Numbered from the stretch's first letter, positions 15,386-28,988 are shown. The stretch is 64,000 nucleotides of DNA from Flaccisagitta enflata (GCA_965153355.1 OZ231126.1:22196001-22260000), one strand, 5' to 3'. A program made the numbers and translations. Notes: a model not told the origin generated them from the letters alone.

Positions 15386-16764
15386 AAGAAAAAGGGCACA
15401 CAAAAATGGAAAAAGAGAGAGGGCATTTTTTTTTAAACCATAAAAAGAAAATTTTCAAATTGAACTATGAATGAAAAAAAAATCTCAACAGGCCAACATT
15501 GGTGCTCCATCTTGCAATTACACACAGACCTACATACAAACTCCTTCCTTCCTTCCTTCCTTCCTTCCTTCCTTCCTTCCTTCCTTCCTTACTTCCTTGC
15601 GACTGACTAAGAGACTACAAATGACAAATTTTACTTTAGAAACATCTATTTCACCTTGAAATATCCAAAGAAGTCCCAAATCTAAAAACGTCATGGACGG
15701 ACCATCGGATGGATGGATGGACAGATGCAGATGGATGGATGGACCGACAAAGCAAGATGTAAATGTGTGCACATGACTTAAAATGTATCACCAATCCCAC
15801 TACCATCACACCGATGTAACAATTTAAGGAGAATCTAGGATGAATTTGAAAGTGTTTTTGGTCGTTGAGACCCCCTTTTATCATATCTTTTTGTTTGGTC
15901 AAGATGGTCTGTCGGAAGATTTTCGAGTACAAATCCAGCTGCTCAGAAGAAAATCATAATCAAGAGGCCTGCTCCTGGAAAGACATCAAAAAGGTAAGAA
16001 AAACTCTAAACAACTAAGAGGAAACATTGTAAGAGGCCATTAGCATCAAAAAAGCCAAATAAGAATAAGCAATAGATCAAAGATGTCAACAACATGCAAA
16101 TCCACATTTATCAATATTCTGAAAAGATTTCCGTTGATAACTTGGCTACGATGATCAATGATATGATAGATTTATCAGTGGAATAAAAAATCAATGGAAG
16201 AAAAAGTCATTAAAAGAAAAAATCAATGAAAGAAAGAACGATAGAAAGAATAGATGGAAAAAAAACGATAAGTTGAAAGAAGGAAAGGGAAAAAGGGAAG
16301 AATGAAGGTGGTAAGTAAGAAGGGAAGTAATCAAAAGGAAGAACGTTTGGTAGGTGTAGTATTTCTCATTCTTCATTACAAGGAACGCCTTAAAAAAGAA
16401 ATAAAAAATAAACAAAAAAAAAAACAAAAAAACAGTCATGATTTTTTAATCTCAAAAAGAAAATTATGTAAGTGGATATGGTAACTTTTAAAGTGTTGTC
16501 CCTCCCTGTGTTTTTCAATTTCTTTTTTGGCGGGGGATGTTTTCTGCTTTGATCTGCCCTCATAAGATTCAGATAACTCCATTCGCATATCTTTTTGCAA
16601 ACGTGAGCAATTCTTGAGAGAGACATAAAAAAGAAATCAAATTTTCCCTGCGACTTTTTGTTGGTATGGTATGATAGATGGACTCATGCTATTACTAATC
16701 AAGATTTTACTTTTTAAACACTTTTCAACATGAGAATTACAGACAGACAGACAGACAGACAGAC

Positions 16765-16822
<58 letters not shown>

Positions 16823-17417
16823 AATGGGATGGATGTATGGACAGTAGAGTCGGCTCAATTTGGGCATTCGAATGAAACACTATTTCCAAGGACTTTTCAT
16901 GTTCCATTTGCATAGTCAAATTCCAGTCTCATTGGAAAATCGATTTGGACTCGATTAATGCTCTATTTGTATAGATTTGATAGTAGTAGTCATGAGAGAA
17001 ATTTCTTCCATAGACATTCTATACAACTAACGCGTTGATTACGGAATGCCTAGATCCAAATCGACTTTCCAATCACAGTAACTCTTTTCCTTGAAAAAAC
17101 GACATTAGTTATTCTACCACTCTTTTTCTTCGGCGCCATTCTCTGGATAATTAAAATCGCGTTTTTGGGTCTCTTTGACCAACTTCTAAAGCCTCATTTA
17201 AAGATGCGAGCTTGATTAAAGGTGATTCGTCATGAACGGCTTTGGTCTTGTACCTCCTTGTCAGTTGCATTATGCCAGTAAGCTTGTAAGTGAATGATAG
17301 TGGATTTACCATTGACAGCTAGAACGAGCCTAAGAGTGAGAGGATCAGATCTTTGCATGCGAGGAACGGAGGAAGTGAGGGCCTATGAGACCATCGCATT
17401 ATGGAAAGGCCACTTAA

Positions 17418-17774
17418 GGCGTGTTTCTAGTGATGACCAAAAACACGTTTGTCCCCGTGAAACGCGTTTGCAGCGTGAACACATATTCAAGAATTTCAAG
17501 TGTCCCACGAGGGAGTGAGGGAAGTGAGTGTGCAAGCAGAGCGCTGCAGAGCGAGTGAGAGGAGTGAGTGGTGTGAGCGAAGGAACGTAGCGAGGGACTG
17601 AGTGAGCGAGGGACTGAGTGGCCCATTAAAAATGCAATTGTCATTAACTAGAAATGCCCCTTTAGTCATTCAATGTTTGTTTGCTCGCTCCGTTCCTGGG
17701 CTCATTCTGTGTTCACGTTGTACATGTGTTGAACAGGATTAATCGCGTTTATTGTTGTCACTAGAAATACACCC
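17418..17774. mobile_element. PIF/Harbinger (Tourist)-like MITE
   Basis: TIRs GGCGTGTTTCTAGTGA / TCACTAGAAATACACCC, flanked by TAA on both sides (17415-17417, 17775-17777). Confidence 0.6.
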
Positions 17775-18617
17775 TAAGAGTGACCGACTCTTAAGATTTC
17801 ATCAAGCGTTCAACAAAAAATTGTCGTTCTGTCTGCCAATTGACGGCTGGTAATCCATGTTTCAGTTGTGTACACGCGACTTTAGAACTTGCTGAGTCAG
17901 TCGGCCGGTCAGTCTGAACCAAAAAAAATGTGAGCGTTTTTTCGCTGTTCCCCTCCTGCCCACCCGTCTGTAACTGGAGGGGGGGGAGTGTATTTGGCCT
18001 TGTTTTATTTTTTGGCATCTAGGGTCGTAATTGCAATACATCTTGCCTAAATTCTTAGGAGGCCCCCTACATCCCAGTTGCTGCCCATCCATGCATGACA
18101 TATGATGTTGTGTATCCTGCCTCATTTTTAACGCGTGCTCGCATCCTTATAAGAGTCCAACTTCATCAGTCAGTATCAAATTGTGTATAAACGTCACACT
18201 GTTCACGAATCGCAACTAAAAATGCACGGAAATTGGGGGCTTAAAGTATGTTCCTGAATCTAGTAGGAAAATTTAGCCATCTGTCCGACCACAAATTGCC
18301 TATCATCTGCCCTTAAGTTATTCATTCATCATTCATTAATAGCTCATCGATCAAAGGACGTTGCAAGAGTAACCAAAGGGGCTTTGCGTAACATTTCAAT
18401 CATTATTAAAGAATCACACGCACACAATTCATTATGTGATGAACGATGGGCATACCAATGGACGAGCTAACAAACACATCAACGGATTTCAAATGTCATA
18501 GCAACTGAATTGCTGCAGATTTTTGTATAACTCAAAAATAGAATTCTAACGCATTATAAAATCAACATCTTGATCATGTCTGTATTGCAATGACTGTGTT
18601 TTCCTTACAGCCATTTG

Positions 18618-18742
18618 TTTTTAGGTGCGACAAAGCACCTCTATAACAGGCTGTGTCCTTCGGTCGGTTGGTCGGTCTGTTGGGTAACGCATTCGTTCGA
18701 CGATCCACATGTCGCACCTTATTGGCCTACTTGGCCTTGTTT
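18618..18742 (+). mobile_element. HINE-like element, family B; second copy at 54935-55070 (-)
   Basis: 5' hairpin AGGTGC-gacaaa-GCACCT, subterminal GTCGCACCT, 3' GGCCTTGTTT. A highly similar copy lies at 54935-55070. Confidence 0.7.
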
Positions 18743-18954
18743 GTTTGCTGCCTCTAATTTAAAAGAAAATACGCGTCAGTGTAACTTCATAAAGGAATGC
18801 ATTTTTCTACTTAAAAGATTAATCTTTTAACAAAATAAATTATTAATCCATTTTATTTCAAGCAGAAAAGCGTGAATAACGCTTGTATAACACCAGAATT
18901 GTAAAAAAGAGTGAAGTTCTCCGCTGTTTTAATTTCGTTGCTGTTGAGAGACAC

Positions 18955-19027
<73 letters not shown>

Positions 19028-19060
19028 AGAGAGTTTGCAGGTGTGTTTGTAGCAGATCTT

Positions 19061-19290
19061 TCACTGTCCAAAGTTAGACGTTGCCCTTGGCATACGTAGG
19101 CCATAGCATCGCAACGTCCGCTTCTTTCTTCCGATGTCTCCGCGCGACTCTTCTGCTTCTCGATATTTGTCTTTGGACTTGCTGGCATCTTTCTCGATCG
19201 ACAATTCGTCATCCCAACCAGGCAGAGAGCGTCCTTCAAGTCGCGTTGGTTGTAGGGAGGGGAGGATTGCACTAAGGGCCACAGATTGCG
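19061..19290 (-). pseudogene. Frameshifted coiled-coil-like coding relic
   Basis: Overlapping minus-strand frames give NQRDLKDAL / DELSIEKDASK / NIEKQKSRAETSEE. Same strand and character as the 21-kb and 25-kb relics. Confidence 0.25.
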
Positions 19291-20361
19291 CTAGATAGCT
19301 CCTTGGGTATTTTGGTGAAAATTTTCATCTCTGCTATATGGCTCAAACTAAGTGGAATAGTCATGGTAGCACTTGAGCATATATTACCGGTCCATATGAC
19401 AGGTTTTATGGCAATTTAGAGTGAAAAAAGGCGACCTAAATGGATATTACTACGAAAAATGCTAAATTTCAAGAAAAATCAATGAATTTTTTGGATTATC
19501 TGTTAAGATTACAAAAAGCTCATGATATCTTCAATATTGGATTGGATTCCTTCATTAATGTTTAAATGTCTGGAAAAATTCAAAAAATCATTATTTTTTA
19601 CATTTTTAGCACTATTGAATTAGTCTACTATTAATACATATTTGACCTGATTTGCATGCTTTTATTGCCCTATAAATAAAAAAAATCGCACAAGGACGCA
19701 CAATGAGCGACCTATGCAAAAATGTAGTTCAAGGGGTCCCGAATCCAGAATGCTATGGCTCAAGCGGGCCTTCGACGTCCAAATTGCGATTTTCTTGGCC
19801 TAAAATGGACAAGTAATAATGTGGATAAAAGTAAAAATCTATATTTGATTGAAAAAAAAATGAGTAAAATGAGCTAAACGAGCAAAAAAAAGATTTTTTT
19901 TGAGCACCTGATTAAGGAATCTTATTGAACAAATACAAAAATTTAATAGATTTGGTCAAAACATTGGATAATTTAAAAACTAAATGTAAGCGAGTTTAGC
20001 AGTATTTTTCACTCTAATTTCTCATATTTCTCTTCTTTTGTACTCAAAGCTCATAAAGCTCTGAATACAATAGAAATGAGTCAATATTGGGTATAAATGG
20101 TTTCACAACATCTGAAAATATGCAAAAAAATGCTTTTCACTCTCTATGTTTCATAAGAAAGAATGAAATGGAAAAGATGTAATGTTAATTCCCAATGAGC
20201 CACCTAGCGCACAATGCAGCCCACAGTGGATTGGGAAGAGAAAGAGAGGAGAGACGAGATACTTTGTCCATTCTTTTTCCTTGGTTGTAAAGGAAGAAAC
20301 GAAGGAAAAATAGAAGGAGAAGGAGCAGCAGCAGCAGAGGAAGAAGAGGAAGAAGAAGAAC

Positions 20362-20517
20362 AACAAGGCCGGATACACGGCCACCAGTTGCGGACGGATG
20401 GGCAGGGGCGGAAATGCGCGTTTTCCCACTTTTCAATTTGAGCGTGACGGACCAACCGACGGACCGATGGACGGACGGACAAAACCTCTTATAGAGTTGC
20501 GTGTCCGCAACTAAAAA
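20362..20517 (-). mobile_element. HINE-like element
   Basis: AACAAGGCCGGATACACGGC ... AGTTGCG-tgtc-CGCAACT-AAAAA (hairpin variant). Relative at 34815-35075 (+). Confidence 0.7.
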
Positions 20518-20605
20518 GAAGAAGAAAAAGAAGATCATGAAGAAGATCATGTTGTTGTCTTAGTCACTATGCAACTATGCGAAGACACAATCCCGATTCT
20601 GTTAA

Positions 20606-21014
20606 AAACAAGCCCAAGAGGGCAACAGTCGCGTGCATCTGGAAATAACAAACAAAAGAGCAAAAACATGTTTAAATGTTAGAAATGTTAAAAAATGTTA
20701 AAAAATGTAAAAACTGTTAGAGAATGTTAAAATATATTCAAAAAATGTTAAAAATGTCAAAAAATGTTAAAAAATGTTAAAAAATGCAAAAAGATGTTAA
20801 AAAAAATCTAAAAATGTTGAAAATGTTAAAAGAGCTAAAATGTTAAAAAATATCAAAAAATGTTAAAAAATATTAAAAAATATTAAAAAATTTAAAAAGT
20901 GCTAAAAAATGTTAAAAACCGTTAAAAACATTCAAAATTTTAAAAATGTTACGGAGGGAAGGACGGACCGACCGACAGAGCCAGGTGTAGAGTCACGTGC
21001 ACGCGACTAAAAAA
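20606..21014 (-). mobile_element. HINE-like element carrying an internal (AAAAATGTTA)n array
   Basis: Terminal AGTCACGTGCACGCGACTAAAA hairpin, subterminal AGTCGCGTGC and ~10-bp tandem units at 20670-20950. Confidence 0.65.
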
Positions 21015-21096
21015 CACAACAACCACAACAACAACAAAAACAACTACAACAACAACATAAACAACTAAAAGTAGTATACTCTATGATGTCACTCAC

Positions 21097-21291
21097 ATGC
21101 AACAGCGCTTCATTTCCTGTTCGGCCTTTTCGACTTTTTCCTACATGACATTGAGCCTTCAAGCCTTCAAGCTTCTGCAGCTTCTCGTCGACGTAAGCGC
21201 GTCTTTCGTGCTTCTCAGACTCCTGATTCTTTAAAGTGGAAGCATTATTGACGCGGAGATCCATCACTTGTTTGCAGAGGGTCTCGTTGTC
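21097..21291 (-). CDS. Putative internal exon (65 codons, coiled-coil-like), probably of a pseudogene
   Basis: Pyrimidine-rich acceptor ttgccgtttttccgtctctcag| and donor |gtgagt. The 195 nt are open in phase 0: DNETLCKQVMDLRVNNASTLKNQESEKHERRAYVDEKLQKLEGLK... Confidence 0.45.
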
Positions 21292-21467
21292 CTGAGAGAC
21301 GGAAAAACGGCAAAGATGTCTTACAGTGACACGGATGTTACACTACATAATATTGTAGGATAAACGTCATCGAACTTTGTTCTTTCTTTCTCTCTTTCTT
21401 TCTCTCTTTCTTTCTCTCTTTCTTTCTCTCTTTCTCTCTTTCTCTCTTTCTCTCTTTCTCTCTTTCT

Positions 21468-21511
<44 letters not shown>

Positions 21512-22440
21512 TTTTTCTTCTGTTCTTTCTCTTTGGTTTTTTTTCTTTTATTTCTTTGTTTCGTTGTTTTATTTTATTACAGGGTATTTCACATCAAATT
21601 ACACCAAAGAAAACATTGCCATCTGAGAATGGAATATAGTAGATCAATTTTGAAAGTAGTTTTAAACAGAAAATTAGTTTCAATTTCTTGTCACTAAGTT
21701 TTATAGAGCTGAGTTGAGAATTCTGTTCTCCATATCAATTCAAAGTAAACTTTCCTGGAAGAAATCTCCCGCACGGCATTATACGTTTACCGCCATTGAG
21801 ACGCATTAATCTTTCAATATGCATTTTTATGAGTTAACATAGTGCGAAAAAAAAAAATAAAAACACCATCAGACTCACAAGAAACAGCTTATCTTTAATT
21901 ACGGCAATGTTGCATAGTAATGAAAAAATCAGAATAAGCATGAGACAGAGTTTAAAGTGTTTTTTAGTTAAAATGGGCTTTTTTCCTTACATAACTAACG
22001 ATTTTCAAATTGGCGCTGTGTCTTTGATCTTGATATTTTCAAAAATATGTCGCTAAAAATGAGAACAAAAATATCTGACGATTCATTGAGCAAAATTTTG
22101 TTTTTTTCCTATAAGAAAGTACAAAACATCATTAGAAATAAGCAAAATATTAAAACATTCATTTGGCCACTTTCGAATTCCAGAAAATCACTGGAAATGA
22201 ATGTATATGTTCACATGATATAACTTTACATAATACCAAACGCTCAGCCCACTCCTAGCTGTCGCATAGCGTCGCAAGCCTGTCGAATGCAACACTATCA
22301 CTCAAATAGTCAGTGAATGCACAAACTAAGACCTAACTTTAAATTTAGTCAGCCGCTTTTACTAACCCCTCTGTCGTGTATGTGAATGCCTCTCTGTTTG
22401 TCTCAATTTGTCAGTCTGTCTGTCAGACTTTCTGTTTCTC

Positions 22441-22501
<61 letters not shown>

Positions 22502-22614
22502 TTGGGTCCGGAATTCTCCTCTCTTTCTCACCCACTCACTCACTCACTCACTCACTCACTCACTCACTCACTCACTCTCTCTCCTTTATTTGAAGTCAGA
22601 GTCGGAATCCCGTT

Positions 22615-23211
22615 TTACTATCTTAGAAATAAAAAAGTTTCTGCACATTTACCTTTATATCTCCAACTAGAATCAAAAAATCATAAAAAAATCAGTGAGA
22701 TTATTAAAGCACTTCAAATTTGCAAGCAATCTACACAAACCGCATCTCTCTAGCTCAATCCATTAAAAAGTTATTCAACTTTGAATGAAATGTTTCAATT
22801 TTGCATTTGCCATTTCTATACAATCTTGAAATGATAACACTTATTTTTCTTTATAGCATGTCTAAACGCATTGAGCTAGACAGATGCAGTTTGCATAGAC
22901 TGCTTGCAAATTTGAAGAGCTACATTTATGTCACCAATTTTCTTATGATTTGTTGAATCCCTTTGGCGCTATAAATGTAAACGTAGCAAAAGAAAACATC
23001 AAGAAAATTGCTAGAAAAGTCAGGAATGCCATTACTACAGAGAACTTAGAGAGGCTGTGCAAACTACTTCCCTGATGAATGGCGGCAGTGATTTAGTCAA
23101 AAGGGGGCTAAAATTAAGTATTCATGGATTTGCAATTGATTTGTGCTCATTTTTAAGTCAATAAATGAACTAATACTACAGGTGGAAACTTTTTTATTTC
23201 TAAGATAGTAA
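22615..23211. mobile_element. Fold-back MITE nested in 21580-24673
   Basis: 27-bp perfect inverted repeat TTACTATCTTAGAAATAAAAAAGTTTC / GAAACTTTTTTATTTCTAAGATAGTAA, plus inner inverted arms at ~22680-22760 and ~22870-22950. Confidence 0.7.
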
Positions 23212-23456
23212 TGCGACTTTGAACAATACCCTGAATTTTCAAATTGAAAAAGAGTTTCCATCCTGTTACCATCGATAAAAAAAATGGCGGTAAAATTTCC
23301 GAGGGTAGGACTTATGATCAGGAGTAAGATTTTCAATCTCGGTTTTGCCAAAAAGTCATGGTTTTAACGTCTTTCACCTGATTTTCAACAAGGAATCCAA
23401 AAATCGCAGCCTCGAGGGCCTTAGAGAACGTATTAAAGATCTTTTAGGAAAGCTTA

Positions 23457-24209
23457 CAGGGCATTCAATCTCATTTGACACGAAAGGAACCTTTATTGTG
23501 CTAAAACTATTTGACTTTTCATTTCAGTTTGATTTTTTTCTCATAAAAGCACTATACTGTGACCCGTTTTTTGTATCAAATTTTCATAGGAGTGAGTCTT
23601 GAAATTCAGCAGAAATCCATGTTTGAAGTTATGCAGTAAATTCAAGAAAAAAAGGCGGTTTTCTTTCATATTTTGACTTAAAAATTGCATAAAATTCAAT
23701 GTGTTTTAAACTTCAAGTAATAAATGCTAAAACCTCAATATTAGAAATAGCCAGGTTTTATCACAGAACAGTGAACTTTAGGCAAATACTATCAAAATTT
23801 TGACAAAAATCTTACAAAAACCTAATCAAAGATTGTTTTTTCTTTTAATAAGAAAAAAAATGGTTGATCAAGATGAAATTTTAAAGAATTGTTTTTTTCA
23901 AATACAAAAACTACATGAAAGTCTCATGATTGTGGACCAATCTCACATCTGTAGAGTTAAAAGCGTTTGAAATGAGAGCAGTTTAAAGATGAAAGGTCAG
24001 AACCACAAAGTCAAACAAAACCTCCCATCTCATTATGACATCTTTCCTAAAATGGTCATCTCTAAACTAATTATTTGATACCATGAGAAATTTGGACACA
24101 AAAAACGTCATATGTAGTTCTTCAAGGAGAAAAAAAAATCAAATTGAAAAGTTGATTTGTTTTTGCACAGCATAGGTTCTTTTCGTGTCAAATGAGATTG
24201 AAGACCCTG
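23457..24209. mobile_element. TA-flanked Tc1/mariner-type MITE nested in 21580-24673
   Basis: ta|CAGGGCATTCAATCTCATTTGACACGAAA ... TTTCGTGTCAAATGAGATTGAAGACCCTG|ta, with ~130-bp imperfect TIRs. Confidence 0.8.
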
Positions 24210-24844
24210 TATTCAAAGTTATTCAGATTTCAGAGTTTTGGAGACTAAGTATAGTGTGAAATATTTGTCAAATAATACACAGAAAGAAACTTTGCATCAG
24301 TGCTATTGAAATTTCAATCAATCCTTCTGGTCTAATATTATGACTTCGACTAAATACATGAAAATTTGAAGTGAGAAGACTAAAAAAATTTGTTCAAAAA
24401 AAATCAGTTTTGATATTCTTTTGTTACTAGACTAAAAATTGACTAAACTTTAATTTGAGTTGGTGATCAAAATTAACCACAATTTTTACATAAAGAATTG
24501 GAACTATTTGAATTGGAAATTGAATTGGAATAGAATTAAATAAAATTGAATTAGAAATTTTATTCAAAGAATTTAAAATATTTTTCTGCATAAAACTTCT
24601 TTTATATTGAATTATATGATTAAAAGTCAAATTGCAACATTTTCTTTCATGTAATTTGATGTGAAACAGCCTGTATCTTATCTTTCTGCCACTCTGATTG
24701 ACTTTCTTTTTTCTCCCTTTCTCTCTCTCTTTCTCTTTCATCCTTTCGTTTTTTCTTTATTTCTCCTTTTTTCTTTTTTCGTTCGTTCGTTCGTTTGTTT
24801 GTTCGTTCGTTCATTCGCTCTCGCTCTCGCTCTCTCTCTCTTAC

Positions 24845-25997
24845 GTGTCGACATATTGCTTTGATCGCGTCTTCGTGGCCTTACAAGCATTTTTTTCCTT
24901 CAGGCGCTTCCTTTGCAATATCGTTTACTGGATCATCCCACTGTCCGCCAGAACACGGAATGAGTTGACTTGAAATGATCGTCTACAACTCTGATAGGTT
25001 TTGAGTCATTGTAGTTTGTACTATGCAAATCTAAAAGAAACTAAATCACATTTGGGGCGCTTTTTGAAATATATGCAAAAAATAGTATATATCTGGTACA
25101 TTTTCATCATCTTAACTCTTTGTGATGATTTATTTTAGTATTTTTGACGCAGATCTCTGGACTCAGTGGGTAGCTTGCGGTTTTGTTTGATATGTCACAC
25201 TATATACTTTTGAAAAAGAAGTAAAAGTTTATCTTTTTATAAAATCATTAAAAATGAATGTATTTTATAGCAATATGATGAAAAAATTAACTTTTTATTT
25301 CTTTTTCAAAACTATATAGTGTGAATCAAACCGAGAACATAACATAGATTAGTCAAATCATGATCAAAAAATACCAGAAAAAAATCTACAAAAGTTATGA
25401 TGAAAAAATAATAAATTTACCATTTTTGCATATATTTCAAGCGCCCCAAAAAAGTGATTTAGTTTCCTTTAGATTCATATTGTACACACTACAATGACCC
25501 AAAAACTATCAAAATTAGAAACGATCATTCTACCTTAACTCATTCCGTGTTTTGGCTGGTAGTGATCCGTACGTTGCTGTTCCGATTCTTCATCATCCGT
25601 TCCGCTAAAAGTGTCTCTTCTTCGTTCTTCGGCGACGGGTGAAAAGGAACGACGCATTCCTTTCTCCAAATGAGATTTCCGGTTCCTTCACCGGCGCTGT
25701 GCTTCTCTCCGCCACGTTCTGCTCGATTGGCGTTGTCTTCTTCATCGGCGCCACTCTTTCTTCCATTTTTGCCATGTTTCTCTCCGTCTTTGCCACATTC
25801 GGTGCGATTGGCGTCTTATTCCTCTCCATCAGCGCCGATCGCGCTCTTCATCGCATCCGCGCTGCACGTACATCTGTTCCCGCAATTGGTGTCGTTTTCT
25901 TTGCCATCATCGCCGTTTTTCCTCCCATTGATACTTTCAGCTTCATCCTCAGCTCCGTCTGTTCCTCTGTGTCGGGTTCAACCCGATGTCATTATCG

Positions 25998-26035
<38 letters not shown>

Positions 26036-26220
26036 GATTTTTGTTGTTGTTGTTGTTGTTGTTGTTGTTATGTTGCGTGACAGCTTTGAGTCATTGCCGA
26101 TGCGGCGTTTGATGCTGCAACTACCGCTGCAGCCGATAGGCGACTCCGCCGAGGATGATAGACGGCTGCAAAAACGATCGACAATGTTGACGGCGCATTT
26201 ACGATAAAGGAAGTCTTGTT
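24845..26220 (-). pseudogene. Degenerate coding-like exon (charged, low complexity) interrupted by a MITE
   Basis: GC- and CpG-richer coding-like sequence with stops in all frames. It is continuous across the 24939-25564 insertion (...EESEQQRTD|DPVNDIAKE...) and ends at donor cac|gtaag (24844) in phase 0, compatible with the 21291 exon (HEDAIKAICRH|DNETLCKQ). Confidence 0.35.
24939..25564. mobile_element. CAC-terminated fold-back MITE with 4-bp TSD (CMC/Chapaev-like)
   Basis: atcc|CACTGTCCGCCAGAACACGGAATGAGTT ... AACTCATTCCGTGTTTTGGCTGGTAGTG|atcc. The element is palindromic over most of its length. Confidence 0.7.
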
Positions 26221-26299
26221 GTTGTTGTGATTTGTTGTAGTTTTTGGCCGTTGTTGGTGGTTATTTGTGGTTGTTGTGGTTATTGTTTGTGGTTGGTGG

Positions 26300-26340
<41 letters not shown>

Positions 26341-26355
26341 TTATCTATTTATTTG

Positions 26356-26408
<53 letters not shown>

Positions 26409-27018
26409 TTGTTTTTTTCGTTGTTTTTATTGATATCATTTTCCTTTTTGTACGGCAATTGTAAAAAACTCCATCGTTAAAGAAAGAATTAGTATAAGAA
26501 AAAAAAGCGTCTTCATGTTTTGAATGAGTATATTCTGAAACGGAGCTTCACATGCGCAGAACTGTAAGATCACATTCTTTCACATTCTTTAATTATCCTG
26601 CAACCACCTCACGATCTCAAATTCATTCTAATGACACGTTCGGGTTACTGTGCAATGTGATTGGGCTCTAATTATGCAAATGGAACATGAAAAATGCTTG
26701 GAAATAATTGTTCACCATAATGCCCAATTTGAGCCCATTCTAGCGGACAGGCGCGTGGACGGATTGACAGATAGATGGTTGGATGGACGGTTGGAGGGAC
26801 TGCTAAACCGATCGACAAAGCCTCTTAGACAGTCGCGAGTCCCCGACGAAAGTTTCGTTAACCCCCTAGGAAACGGACCGGTGATAGACAAAATAGAATC
26901 GCACCTGAAGTCGTGCATCTCGGATCAAATGGACTGGCAAGAGGTCAAACTCGAAAAAAATCACTTTTACAACTACCAACTGGATTTGTACCCGCTAAGA
27001 GGTCAGCCAAGCTTTTAG

Positions 27019-27228
27019 AAAAAGGCCGGATACACAGCTACCGTAGTCGCGTGCGGGTGGGCAGGGGCCATATTTGAGGTCACCAGACCATTTGGGCAGG
27101 AGCAGTGAGGTAAAAGAAATACAATCAAAAAAAAAAAAAAATGTAAAAGTGTGACCAAACCGACCAAACCACCAACCGAACGACCGACGGACAAAGCGGG
27201 TTGTAGAGTCGCTGGCACGCGACTAAAA
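27019..27228 (-). mobile_element. HINE-like element, family A; further copies at 27345-27668 (+), 27803-28005 (-), 44203-44356 (-), 44473-44683 (+), 47299-47570 (+), 48085-48248 (+), 53195-53337 (+)
   Basis: Shared termini TTTTAGTCGCG...GCGACTCTA and GCCGTGTATCCGGCCTTGTT, (GTCC/GTCG)n cores, T-run insertion sites and no TSD. Confidence 0.7.
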
Positions 27229-27469
27229 CCAAAAGAATTCCCTTCCAATATGTCAATCATCTAAGTCTTTTTGGTTTTACTTGCAGTTGTATTGAACGAT
27301 GGATTCAATTTTCAACTAGTATACGTGGGTCAAAACCCGCATTTATTTTTACTTGCGTACACATAACTCTATAATAGGCTGTGTCCATCCGTCCGTCCGT
27401 TCGTTGATCTGTCGGTTCGTCACGCTCAAGTTGGAAACGGAAAACCCCGCATTTCAGATGCTGCAGTTG

Positions 27470-27555
<86 letters not shown>

Positions 27556-27558
27556 TGC

Positions 27559-27591
<33 letters not shown>

Positions 27592-28744
27592 GGTAAAAAT
27601 AGGGTAAGGCTGGGAGTTGGATGCCCCTGCCCACTCATCCGCAACGATGTTGTGACCCCGCGTTTTTTGTCTGATTAGATCAGGTAACCCTAGAGGGTCA
27701 GGCTACCCATTTGAAAACCAGATGATAGTTCATGGATAGGAGACCAAGCTTTGCGCGCCCCTGTGGCAACGGGCGTAAATGCAGTTAACTGTTTTAATCC
27801 TCAACAAGGCCGTATACAGGGCTACCCTAGTCACGTGCGGGTGGGCAGGGGCAGTGATGGAGTAGGTCACTGGGGCATTTGGGCTGGAGAAGTGACCTCA
27901 AAACGCTCAAAAACGCTGAAAGAGTCAAATGGGGACCAACCGACCAACCGACCAACCAACCAACCGACCGACCGACTGACCAACGGACAAAGCGGGGTGT
28001 AGAGTTTTTAAAAGTTTTGTAAAAATTGAACAATCCTTCCAGGCAATGATAAGTCGTGTTTCGCTGCACTGGCAAAAGACTAGACAGTAGAATCGTTTTA
28101 TTCACACTGCGTGTACGCCAACAAAACAACAGACGGCGGCGCTAATGTCATTACAGTGACGACCTCTTCGGATGATCTCTCCTCTTTTAACTAATATAAA
28201 GTGGCACCAGTCGATGGGAAATATGGGAACCAAGTGAGGTCGCCATTAAAATGCTCATGGGCAAATCAACACAGACGAAAATACTATGCAAGAAAAAATA
28301 AACGACCAATAAGCAGTTTTTTTTTTATCTTTTTATTGATCGTGTTTTTACGAAAAACAATAAGAATTTTAGTCGCTTGCTAAGTGGACCAACTGATTCT
28401 ACAAGAGGGTGTGTCCGTAGGAAGATACCCCCGGAAAGCGAGTAAAACATTAATTTTACCATATGCATAAGAATAAAAAAGGAGAAGGGTGTCTATACTT
28501 TATGTTTGTACCGATATATCCTTCCCCTTGCTACGTTTAATATTGCTATTCAGACATTTTAGTAAGGGTGTTTTACAACTTTGAGTCAGGTGAATTTTCT
28601 TCGTGATTGTTCCTTTGTTTTCAACTTCGACGAGAAGCCTCTACCAGAATAATGAAAAACAACTGATCAGTATCATGCTCTCGCCGTTTTCTGTAAGAAC
28701 GATGTAAACATTTTGTAGTATTTTTAGTTTATTTTACACTATTC

Positions 28745-28988
28745 CAGGGGTGTATAAAATCAAAGGGTGAAAAAAAAACAAATTTTTTCCAAGATTTTAC
28801 ACTTTTGACAGTTCCAAAAGATAGTATTTGACTACTACAACATTATTTTACACTATTCTGACCTTATTTATAGTATATTAATAGTCTATGGGGTAGAAAA
28901 TCAAATTATTTTTTTGACCCAGCAGGGAAGGAAATCAAAGACCAGGGCGCCCAAGAAATCAACGGCCGCTCAAGTCTATACACCCCTG
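28745..28988. mobile_element. hAT-like MITE
   Basis: TIR CAGGGGTGTATA / TATACACCCCTG with an 8-bp TSD cactattc/cattattc (1 mismatch). Confidence 0.7.

Larger units (their letters stand above)
21580..24673. mobile_element. Non-coding Tc1/mariner-type TIR element (3.1 kb) with nested MITEs
   Basis: ta|CAGGGTATTTCACATCAAATTACACCAAAGAAA vs TTTCTTTCATGTAATTTGATGTGAAACAGCCTG|ta. TA TSD. No transposase ORF. Confidence 0.7.
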
